This document shows, piece by piece, positions 26,053-37,121 of a stretch of 64,000 bases of DNA (positions are counted from its first letter, which is position 1; each line of letters opens with the position of its first letter). The notes under the pieces were generated by a model. It ran no database searches, had not been told where the DNA came from, and was given only the letters and a program-made list of their open reading frames with translations. A program made the position numbers and the translations under genes. Source of the DNA: Phoronis australis (taxonomy: Eukaryota > Animalia > Phoronida); NCBI GenBank assembly GCA_002633005.1, contig NMRA01000469.1, positions 235,573 to 299,572 of the forward strand. Direction: 5' to 3'.

Positions 26053-26370
26053 ATCGTACAAGTAAAAGCATCACGTCATGCCATGATGAAGGAACCATTA
26101 TGTTATGGTGTCAATCAGGAACTATTGTGATCTACAGGATCAAATACGGCATGAACCAAGATGCCACTGTCTGTACGGAATACGAAGAAGGGAGCTGTGT
26201 TGAGAGTTTCACCACACCAGCCAATAACAGCCATATTGACAAGTACATGTCACAATGTAATGGGCGTCATTCATGCATCGTTAACCCGAACCCAATACGA
26301 ATGAAGACCAACTGCTTCGGATACCGTGGTATTATATCAACATTCGTCACAATATACTACAAATGTGAAG
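26053..26370 (+). CDS. Nested receptor exon 4: SUEL/rhamnose-binding-lectin-like domain 2
   Basis: tttgtag|AT ... G|gtaagt; 8 Cys: SC..LWC..YGMN..C..C..QCNGRHSC..C..IYYKC; clearly paralogous to exon 3. Confidence 0.9.
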
Positions 26371-27705
26371 GTAAGTATCTGTAACATTCACAATACCACA
26401 AATATTCAGTTGCCAGAGAAAAAAAGTCAAGGCAAGCTTTTTAATTCGAGATGAAGTGTGAAGAACACTACTTAATTATTTACGAATGATGAGTATCAAC
26501 ATAATGTTACTTCACTTCTAAATGAAAGTGCTTTGTAATGTGATTGGCATTCAACAGCAAATGGAAAATTTGGAATTATGTAGTAAGCCATTGACCATTA
26601 CAATAGGAACTAAAGTTTTAGAAAAATTGAAGAAAATTGATAGAAATTACTCCTGACATCTTACAAAACGAATCTTAAAGTCGCAGTTATCTGCCAAGTT
26701 CTCAGTTGGGCATATTGTTTGTATCAAGTGACTCAAGGAACAAGAGTTCCGATAAATAATTCCATAAATTGTTTTTAAAGTGATCCATGACTAACTGACC
26801 TAATTAGTACAAAACCTAAAAGAAAAAAGTTTATGTTTCAGGTTTGATAATAAAGTTACTGCACTTCTTGTCAGTGTTACTATTGAAAATACAAACATTT
26901 CAGCAAGATGCCAGAGATAATTGAAAACATCCCTTTCCAAGGCCAATTTCAACCAATTACATTTAAGAATGTTGATGAGGACTTTAATCTTCCTCAAGGC
27001 CACCCACTGAAATTAACTACAGATCATTGGGCATGAAATAAACCATGTCACAAATCTCACTTGAGAACCAGTTTCTCAACTGAATAACCAGTAACTAACT
27101 GGTTCTCAAATTCCAGCACCAGCAAGAGACATGTACAGCACATAGAACAGGTAGACCTACATTCTAAATGTCACAGAAAATTTAGATATCAAATATTTAG
27201 GACAATTAAAAATAGAAATACTAAAATGTTCATCTGAAACTTTGGTTAAGCACAGGTGCCACATGTCTCTTAGATCATCACTTAGTTATGTCCTGGCTTA
27301 TATCATTTTTAAATCAGAACCATTGAAGCGTAGGGTATGCTTTGACAAAAGTTTCAAAAACACTTTCTTGATGTTTTTATAACCCTTTTTGGCAACAAAG
27401 TGTTGTCAACTTAATATCCTTATAAATGATTAGATAAACATGTGACTGCCTTCAAAGAGGTATAACCGTAGATATTTACTGCATGTTCTGAAATTAGAAA
27501 TAATCAAAAATCATGCCATATGTTTTGGGACAGCATGTGATCAGCTTTCACTGCCATTTTCAGTCAAAAGGAGCAGCACAACAGATGACTCACAATTTCA
27601 CAAAATAATGAGGCTTTTCCACATTTTGAACACAATTGTCAACTAAAGCTAAACTGACTCTGAGGATGTTATGTAAATAATGCGAAACATTTTATTTGAT
27701 GACAG

Positions 27706-27843
27706 TCCAGCCAGAGAGGCCATTAGAGGATACCTATTTCCTAAACAAAGAATTAACGTCAGCTCACACTGTGCCGTCAGTTGGACCAAATACAACTACA
27801 AGAGCCCATGGAACTGAACCGAGTCTTCGATATACCAGCATAG
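27706..27843 (+). CDS. Nested receptor exon 5: Thr/Ser/Pro-rich stalk
   Basis: gacag|TC CAG ... ATA G|gtgagc; VQPERPLEDTYFLNKELTSAHTVPSVGPNTTTRAHGTEPSLRYTSI; phase 1/1, open. Confidence 0.78.
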
Positions 27844-28732
27844 GTGAGCATGTTCATCCCATAAGTAAAAAGTGACAAGACAAAGATTGGCAAGGCAGTA
27901 ACAATTATTTCGATTCAGGATCCTTTAAATGCCAATAGAATCGAGATCTTAAAAAGGAAATATGACAATTATCTGCCACCAATATGCAAAATATGTTCTT
28001 TTACATTTACTGTATACACCCTGTTTGGCAATTAAACTTTATTACTTTGTGAAATGAAAATTGTTCAAGAACGTTGTCACAGCTTGGTAAAAGCAGTCTT
28101 TCACTTGTCCAAAAAATTTACTTATTTTTTTCTTTCTTCGTTCACTACACTTGTCTCATAAAAAAAACTATCGTTATTTGTTATAATGAGATTCAAAGTG
28201 ACTGAGGTGGTAGTCATTTTGTTGCCAAACTTACACTTGATAATGCTTGTAAGACCCACATTGTTCATCATACAGCGCTCACAATTGACAGGTTCATAAA
28301 GTCACAACTGTACTGTCAATATACTTCAGCTGCTTCCATTCCAAGACAACAGGGTTCAGCAACCTTTATATTGAGTCAAACTAATAATTTTTACTAAAAA
28401 CATATTTTGTCGAACAGAGGTCGCCATATAGAGGCAACAACTTTAGTTTGGATGCGTTTTACAATGATTTTTCACATTTGCTTAGTCGTGTGAAATTTAC
28501 ATTCAAGATAGCACATCCAGACATCATTTTGTATTTTTCACTTGGTGTGAGTTGCCTTCTTAATGCATTGAACGAACATTAAGAAATTGGTTTAAAAATG
28601 CTCTATTTAATGAACAGTAGGAATTTCTCCAACTTATACAGAAGATTTTGAATTTAATTGACAGAAATGAGTAGACAAACAATGACAAATTTGATCTGTT
28701 AACATACTACAGGCTGAATTTTTAACCAATTT

Positions 28733-28900
28733 ACACAAGACACGGGCATTGTCAATACCTTCACAAGACACGGGCATTGTCAATACCTCCACAAGACAAA
28801 GGCATTGTCAATACCTCCACAAGACAAAGGCATTGTCAATATCTCCACAAGACATGGCATTGTCAATACCTCCACAAGACAAAGGCATTGTCAATACCTC
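28733..28900. repeat. 28-bp tandem repeat running into a gap
   Basis: cacaagacaaaggcattgtcaatacctc repeated. Confidence 0.95.
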
Positions 28901-29754
28901 NNNNNNNNNNNNNNNNNNNNNNNNNNNNNNNNNNNNNNNNNNNNNNNNNNNNNNNNNNNNNNNNNNNNNNNNNNNNNNNNNNNNNNNNNNNNNNNNNNNN
29001 NNNNNNNNNNNNNNNNNNNNNNNNNNNNNNNNNNNNNNNNNNNNNNNNNNNNNNNNNNNNNNNNNNNNNNNNNNNNNNNNNNNNNNNNNNNNNNNNNNNN
29101 NNNNNNNNNNNNNNNNNNNNNNNNNNNNNNNNNNNNNNNNNNNNNNNNNNNNNNNNNNNNNNNNNNNNNNNNNNNNNNNNNNNNNNNNNNNNNNNNNNNN
29201 NNNNNNNNNNNNNNNNNNNNNNNNNNNNNNNNNNNNNNNNNNNNNNNNNNNNNNNNNNNNNNNNNNNNNNNNNNNNNNNNNNNNNNNNNNNNNNNNNNNN
29301 NNNNNNNNNNNNNNNNNNNNNNNNNNNNNNNNNNNNNNNNNNNNNNNNNNNNNNNNNNNNNNNNNNNNNNNNNNNNNNNNNNNNNNNNNNNNNNNNNNNN
29401 NNNNNNNNNNNNNNNNNNNNNNNNNNNNNNNNNNNNNNNNNNNNNNNNNNNNNNNNNNNNNNNNNNNNNNNNNNNNNNNNNNNNNNNNNNNNNNNNNNNN
29501 NNNNNNNNNNNNNNNNNNNNNNNNNNNNNNNNNNNNNNNNNNNNNNNNNNNNNNNNNNNNNNNNNNNNNNNNNNNNNNNNNNNNNNNNNNNNNNNNNNNN
29601 NNNNNNNNNNNNNNNNNNNNNNNNNNNNNNNNNNNNNNNNNNNNNNNNNNNNNNNNNNNNNNNNNNNNNNNNNNNNNNNNNNNNNNNNNNNNNNNNNNNN
29701 NNNNNNNNNNNNNNNNNNNNNNNNNNNNNNNNNNNNNNNNNNNNNNNNNNNNNN

Positions 29755-30017
29755 NTGCATACAGCACAGTATCTGACAGTGTATACAGCATGGTATATGA
29801 CAGTGCATACAGCACAGTACCTGACAGTGCATACAGCACAGTATCTGACAGTGTATACAGCATGGTATATGACAGTGCATACAGCACAGTATCTGACAGT
29901 GTATACTGCACAGTATTTGACAGTGTATACTGCACGGTATTTGACAGTGTATACGGCATGGTATCTGACAGTGTATACAGCACAGTATCTGACAGTGTAT
30001 ACAGCACAGTATCTGAA
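29755..30017. repeat. 24-bp tandem repeat emerging from a gap
   Basis: tgtatacagcacagtatctgacag repeated. Confidence 0.95.
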
Positions 30018-30224
30018 AGTTTCATAGAATCAAGGCTTTCAGAGATAAAGCTTGGACACTTTTCTAGGGTGCTACATAACTTTAATTTAATGCTTTCTAT
30101 TGCTAAATTGCATTATGTACATAATTGAAAAATTAAAGTCACTTAAATACAAAATATAACAATTCAAGCTAAAACTACTAAAACTGCTGTTGTGTAATAA
30201 ATTTCTTTGAATGTGACATTCCAG

Positions 30225-30315
30225 AGAACAACACTATACTACTGACAGTAATAGCCACATGTGGTCTCATAGTTGGAGTACTCTTAACGCTACTTGGTGA
30301 ATGTATTTTTTACAG
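30225..30315 (+). CDS. Nested receptor exon 6: transmembrane helix
   Basis: attccag|AG AAC ... TAC AG|gtgagt; ENNTILLTVIATCGLIVGVLLTLLGECIFY(R); phase 1/2. Confidence 0.88.
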
Positions 30316-32348
30316 GTGAGTATATCCGCCAAGCAATCTTTTTACTACTATAATTTATTCTGAACTACATATCCTGACGGTACTATTAGAATTATTTGTG
30401 ATACATAATTAAACTTTACTTGTCAAACTAGTCTTGTGCCTGCAGAGAACAATCATGCGAGAAACTGAATAAAGACAACCTTTTTTGACTCCAATATGAT
30501 TCATTGAAAACACATCAAATAACAAAGATTGAAAACTTGAAATGGAAAAGGAATATTTCACTCATTCTCGCACAAAATCACAGAGTATCTCACTCATCAA
30601 TTCAAAAATGAATTTCCAAACTCATGTCCCGACTTCTTATTAAAAATTAACACACTCCAGAATATTTTTCACTATTGAAGTAACTGGGACAAAATTCCCA
30701 GAAGCATTAACACACAGTTTTATCTTTCCTTTTCATTTAATGCCAATTAATTTGCTAACACCAGCACAATATCAGGTAGAACTTGCAGATTGCTTGTTCT
30801 GAACAACAAATTACTGTTTTTGGGAAAAGGTGTCAAAATCACTTGTCAACATCACGCCTAAGATCAATCCACAATTTTTCCAAATCACGAAATATTTGAC
30901 AGTCCCTGAGACAAGGAAGTTTGATATGCCTAATGTGGAAAACTGTAAACAACACCAGAAACAGAAAATGCTCAAAAGCGAATATGAAAAAGCACTCGGC
31001 AGTAGCGCAGGACTGTATATAGACACACAAATGCGTAAATTTTAAATTTTTAGTAATGAGCATGGTGTGAAATAAATAAAGGCGATCTGGAGCCATGTGA
31101 TAGTTAGACATGATTGAGAAACTTGTGAAGTTTCCCAGTGGGGCTCACACATGAGCTGATGCAACACAAGTAGCCAAGTTTGCTCGTTAAGGTGATAAAG
31201 GTGCAAACTTAAAAACCAGCAGAGATTGAACAGTTTTAAATTGTAACAGATGTTCTAGTCTAGTTACTTGACAGGTTAAATGTTTTCACACGCATGAGTT
31301 ACAGAGAATGTCTTGCTAAAACTGCAAAGGCAACATAAATAATTTTGCTTTGCTACTCAGGTATGAGTAATGATTTGATTCACCACAACTTTTAGCCTAC
31401 ACTGCACACTAAAACTGTGAAATTCCACTATAAATTTTTTATTTATCCTAAAAAATAGAGTTTGTGCTTGTATTATTGAATTTAAGACTAAATTAAATGC
31501 ATGGCATCAAATACGTTACGTATGACATGAAGCAAGTTGACACCGTGGCAGCCATTTTTGTCACCAGTTTGAGAGGTTCTGCAAGTTACACTCGATCAGC
31601 TGCTCCAGTGTCAACTTCACGTCTTAAACACAAACTGGGGCAAGGCGGAAGGGATCATCTCTGTTACGCTTGCATAATAGTGTATACATGTGTGATCCCT
31701 TGGCAATCCACATGGTTTCCCTATTGTTTATGTGAGCATGTGCACAGTCTCCATGTAAATGACTCGTGCTCATTCAATTTTCGATCTAATGTTGTTGCAA
31801 CTACAGTAGAGTAACTCATGCCGTGAATATTGTTCCTCGTGTAAAAACAAATCAAAAGTCAAAATTTTACTCTCGGTGATAAAATTCGTAATAAATTGAC
31901 GAGTCTTTGCCAATTGTCACTGAGAATTTGCCTTAAGCCGATACAAACCTTTCTTCTTAAACAAAAACAAATCAGACAACTTCCGTTATGAAATTGGTCT
32001 CAAATTGTTTCTTTCTAAAATAAGATCACATTTCTATGCTTAGAAAAAATATCAGTTTGTTATTGTTGAAGACTAGATTGCACAAATGGGCTCTCGTCAC
32101 TAGATTGCACAAGTGGGCACTCGTCACTAGATTGTACAAGTGGGCTCGTCACACGGCATCATTTTACGCACTAAGACTGATCTTATAACAAACAGTCCAC
32201 TTCCTTCCAATCTCTGAAATTATTTTTCATCTGTAAAAAGGGAAAAAATGATAGAAATTTTCTAGCGATAAGTGGTCTAAATCTAAATCAAAAGTTGGTT
32301 TCTTAAATCATAAGCCATTTTAACATAACCAATTGCTTTGTTCACTAG

Positions 32349-32592
32349 GTGTTGTAAACCAACAAATCAAACCAAATCACACTATGAGACACGCAGAAGA
32401 ATGCAATCAGAACAGACAGGAGAGACAAGTCAAAAGGAACTGGAGATCAACTCTCTGTACAGGACGGACACATATGAATCTCTAGGATCACCTACTGAGT
32501 GTTCACTGGCCAAACAAGTGGTTGATCTGGAACCCAGTGCGTCATTGAGAGGCTTATGTGCTGGAGAATCATATATCAACTCAAAACTTTGA
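32349..32592 (+). CDS. Nested receptor exon 7: cytoplasmic tail with tyrosine motifs, stop codon
   Basis: tgctttgttcactag|G TGT TGT (phase 2 matches); RCCKPTNQTKSHYETRRR...INSLYRTDTYESL...GESYINSKL*. Confidence 0.82.
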
Positions 32593-32712
32593 CTGGATAT
32601 GTGAAATTCATCTCCTTTCATCTTAATTCTAAATCAGAGTTTTATATTAATTCATGTAATTTTGTTATTTATACTGCAACACTGCTATGCATAATTTATT
32701 ATGGTATTGTAA

Positions 32713-32718
32713 AATAAA
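32713..32718 (+). promoter_or_regulatory. Candidate polyadenylation signal of the nested gene
   Basis: AATAAA about 120 nt after the stop, followed by a GT/T-rich tract. Confidence 0.55.
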
Positions 32719-34300
32719 GTGTACTCCTGATACACGTTTTTTTTTACAATTGTCCTACCATCTATACTAAGCTACAGACATCCAGAAGGCCCGCACACCC
32801 ACTTGTGAAAATCTTGAGAAGTCAATTCTTAATACATGTGAGTTAAACATGACTTAACCCTTACAAACTTTTTAAAGTAATAGTTAAAACTACTACATGA
32901 AAAGTACAAAGAATAGACATTGCTGCTTACACCTACAAGCTTAGGCCCATGTGAAACAGTTGAGCATTTTCGAATATCATTTTCATCTTTGATAACCTCT
33001 GGATGAATTCCCTAATTTTCTAGGTTTATTATTTAGATAGGTATACTCTTCGATACAGGCATTTATGATAATTCAGTTACATATTCTATATCTTCAAAAG
33101 GACTGTTGATGATTTCCTGTGGACACCGCTCTCTTGCAACAGTATCTTCAAGCGAAAAACAAGTTAAACAACAGTGTGATCATAAAAATTAGCTGCAAAT
33201 TATAAAATTCTAACAAGCATTCAAATTTTAAAAAAAAATAGCCAGTAATCTATTCTACTCTGCTTTGTTGCTACTACGTCAAACAGTACCTCGAGTCTCA
33301 TCATGCACGAAATATGTGAGGGGTCAAATGAACTAAGCAGTCTAGGCAGGCTATAGCCCTTCATTCACAGTAACTAAACTTTTAAGTGTTATTAAACACA
33401 CAATCTGGCTTTGTTTTTTCCAAGATTAAATTTCCATAAACATAGCAAAAAACACTCGCGCAAAATCAAGACTTACACAAGATTTCAATTTCAGCTGGAC
33501 CTCTGTGGGCTAAAGATACCTGAACGCCACAGGTAATTTGTAAGCATAAGTTAATTAGGCTGTTCCAGGTTTTAATGAGGTGTACGCATTTTAAAGGAGC
33601 ATTCCGCCAAAAACAATTATTTTGCAAAACTGCAGTTCTACGAGTTTCAATCTATAGCAGCTCGTTTAATTAATTTTACCTTACCTTGGAAGGCAAGCGA
33701 AGATTACCCTGCGATGTCAACGGGTAATGACTGTGTCATGTAGTTCACTCTTGGCAAAAATCAGGGAAATTTATCACCTGCTCTTATTGTTTTGCAACAG
33801 TAAAACATCAAACAAGGATGCAAAGCCCTTATGGATACATTCAATTTTTTNNNNNNNNNNNNNNNNNNNNNNNNNNNNNNNNNNNNNNNNNNNNNNNNNN
33901 NNNNNNNNNNNNNNNNNNNNNNNNNNNNNNNNNNNNNNNNNNNNNNNNNNNNNNNNNNNNNNNNNNNNNNNNNNNNNNNNNNNNNNNNNNNNNNNNNNNN
34001 NNNNNNNNNNNNNNNNNNNNNNNNNNNNNNNNNNNNNNNNNNNNNNNNNNNNNNNNNNNNNNNNNNNNNNNNNNNNNNNNNNNNNNNNNNNNNNNNNNNN
34101 NNNNNNNNNNNNNNNNNNNNNNNNNNNNNNNNNNNNNNNNNNNNNNNNNNNNNNNNNNNNNNNNNNNNNNNNNNNNNNNNNNNNNNNNNNNNNNNNNNNN
34201 NNNNNNNNNNNNNNNNNNNNNNNNNNNNNNNNNNNNNNNNNNNNNNNNNNNNNNNNNNNNNNNNNNNNNNNNNNNNNNNNNNNNNNNNNNNNNNNNNNNN

Positions 34301-34597
34301 GGACTGCGATCGACTTGTCTAACAACCGTGAACAGAACACACAAAATGAAAGACAATGTATCATATTATTGAATAACAGACAATCCTTACCTTTCTGGAT
34401 CCTTAGGAAACCTACAAAATGACACGTCTGGGGTTTTCGTGGATGAATTCATGCAATTTATCGCACTGCAAAATGCGTCCGTCCCCATTGTTTTGGCGCT
34501 TCCTGGTTGACCGTAGCTTGTTCACCACTTGGCGGCGCTAGTAGTAGCGGTAACAGCGAACTCACAAGTGAACTCTCCTATACTACTACACTCCTTG
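34301..34597 (-). mobile_element. 5' end of P-element/THAP-type transposon; THAP exon 1 at 34488-34391; remainder in gap
   Basis: Minus strand MGTDAFCSAINCMNSSTKTPDVSFCRFPKDPE(R)|gtaagg; terminus CAAGGAGTGTAGTAGTATAGGAG shared with the 5396 copy. Confidence 0.8.
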
Positions 34598-35798
34598 GTA
34601 TTAGCATCCATAAAAGCTAGCACATGACATGCAGTAACAGTAATGAGCTCTATGAATAACCACGAGACAGTGTGAGAGGGCGAAAAATAAGTTCTCAAGC
34701 ACCTAGGCAGCTAAGGACATCTTCAAAGCCTGGCTGAGAGTCACTACCAGTTAAGCCCCCAGGTTCACCACAAATACTTTTGCCAGTTTCGTTCCCTGTG
34801 CAGTTGTAAATTTTGTTTCAGTTTGCATTAGTCACCAAATTTGCAGGATTCCACTACAAATTATTGTTGTCAGTGTCTGCAGGAAGATTCAGGACAGATG
34901 AAGGTGTCCCACTCTATAGGAATGACCAAAAAACATGCAGGAATGTCGTTTTTAAACTTTCATGATGGTGTGCCCTTTAAAAGGCTGTGGTCCACCCACC
35001 TCCTCATGACATCCTAACTCCTCCAGTCGTGTCATACCTTCCTCACTGAACTTTTGGCACCCGCTTCACCCTTCAGTACCTTCTTGTTATAAATTTTACA
35101 ATTACACCCTTGGTTCTCTTTGGGACTGTGTACATGCAATAGGACAATGAACAAGTACCGGTACATGAAAGTCAGCAAAACATTTCTTTTAATTTCAAAT
35201 TAATAACATATTACCAGGAACTTCACGGCATTTATTAGGGACATTGTACATTTTCGTACCCCCAAAAGTATTACTGGCTTAAGAGGGTGTAAAATGGAAA
35301 AATAAATCTGGTGGTGTTCAAATGGAAAATAAAAATGTCTTGTAATATTACCTCTTACATGACGGCCATGTCGCTGCACTTAGCTAAAAGCTAGCACTTT
35401 AATAAACAAATTGTAAAACAATCTCCTCACATGAAATCATTAATTGTGTTTTGATATTGATTTAGAAGAGCAAGGCGTGAAACAAAATGTACTATACGTA
35501 TATTTCAAAAGATGATAATGTGCCATGCTACTTCATTTAAAACTGAACAATCATAAGTCACCATCACAGAACAGGCTTTCGCCTCTACTCAGCTCTAAAA
35601 ATAGCGAACATCTGGTTTGTCCCTCACATGTGAAAGTCAAGGAGATGCAAGCAAACGGCAAGATATGGGTAAGATGAGAGGAGTAAATATAGGGACTCCG
35701 ATGTTTGTATACAATGCAAAGAAAAGCACGCATGCGCATCTCCCTATAGGGAAAAACAACCAATGGTGTCGCTGCATACATGTTACACTAAGGGTGAA

Positions 35799-35921
35799 AT
35801 GAATGATCTGTCAGATTACACAAAATCGTTGTCTAGAGAGCCGAGAGCAAGATATTCTGAAAAGTTACGGCATAATAACATTAAAGAAATATTGACAGAT
35901 CCATTCACTTCAATTGACCAG
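35799..35921 (+). pseudogene. Isolated exon-like relic resembling the N-terminus of DNA-transposon accessory proteins
   Basis: MNDLSDYTKSLSREPRARYSEKL...LTDPF then |gtagac; SxY..SL....RY.EKL...DP pattern recalled from transposon-associated SWIM/YqaJ-type ORFs; no downstream exons found. Confidence 0.4.
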
Positions 35922-37121
35922 GTAGACCGCAGAATTTGCCTAGCATTGAAATAACTACACTGCTTTGGATACCTTTTGGAAAATAAGAGCAAAATAATAC
36001 ACTAATAGAAATTCATATCATGACAGAACGTTCTAGTCCTTCAGTAAAAAAATGGTTTTGCATACTAAAACATTGCTACTACTCCAGTATTCTAATTTTG
36101 TTAATCGATCATTTGCCTTGGCTTTTCTATGGCTGCAAGTAGAGTATCAACTATTGGCATTTTTCTGACAATTCTTCACAAAATTTCTCTGTTCACAAGC
36201 CAGGTTACCTTCAATTCACAACACATAACTCTAACTGGTTCAAGTTCCCAGTGATATAATATTCAAAGCTAAATTTCGCCATGTTTAGCAAGCTAAAAAC
36301 AAAAATCTAATGGCTTTTCATGTTCATAATATCAATTTCATAATATTCCTTACAATGATATGATCTTATCTTCATTACTATTAAGAACCTTAAAACCATC
36401 AGTGACTCAAGGAAACCCATCAGAGTTTATTGGGTTGGCCAACCCTAAAATCATAAGTTCAAAATTGGTGCAAGTAGGCACTGACGGCGACAAAAGTTGA
36501 CAGCTAATTCAGCAACAATTCAAGATCAGGTGAGCATGCTGTTTTTAACCCAAAAGTGCTTCAGTCAGGAATTCAACATTGCTAAACAGCAGCAAAATGT
36601 GAAGAACTGTGGCATTCATTTATGATAACAGAGCCTTACGCCCTCTTTTGATTACAGCTGTTTGTTATGGGCCCCACCAGAGTGCCCTCCTGTCGTCTTC
36701 TAACTTGTTTAGCCAGCAAATGTTTGTAATACATGACCTCTTTTCAGTCCTCTCATTAGGTTTAGACAATCAATTTTTACAACCTTTATAACTTCCATTT
36801 CCGCCATCCCATCGCGACTAATAGAGGCACTTCCTCAAAAAAATTCTCAAGCTGTCCTAGCAGTGCTCTATGTATCTACTTTGTCAGATACAAAAGGTCT
36901 CAATGTCAGAATCACTCATATGCAGCTCACTAAACCTTTACTTCTTGAAAGCAAATAAATTGTGTGTTGGATGAAATTAAATTAAAGAAAAATTACTTCA
37001 CTTTGTTTGCATAGTCAATATCTAAATAACCTAGGCTACACAGAGTTTACTCATTCTTGCAAGAAACAAGCTCTAAATTAAAAAAATCTTGGGGCCGGGA
37101 AGTCAGCCCAAAAATTCCAAT

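Noticed and set aside
28749-30128. Long ORFs of 300-460 aa (also at 33.7-34.4 kb and 49.2-50.2 kb)
   Set aside because: They are made of N-gap plus translated minisatellite or MITE sequence.
30811-31045. ORF between the TM and tail exons of the nested gene
   Set aside because: Phase-2 entry at nearby AGs runs into stops and there is no recognisable motif.
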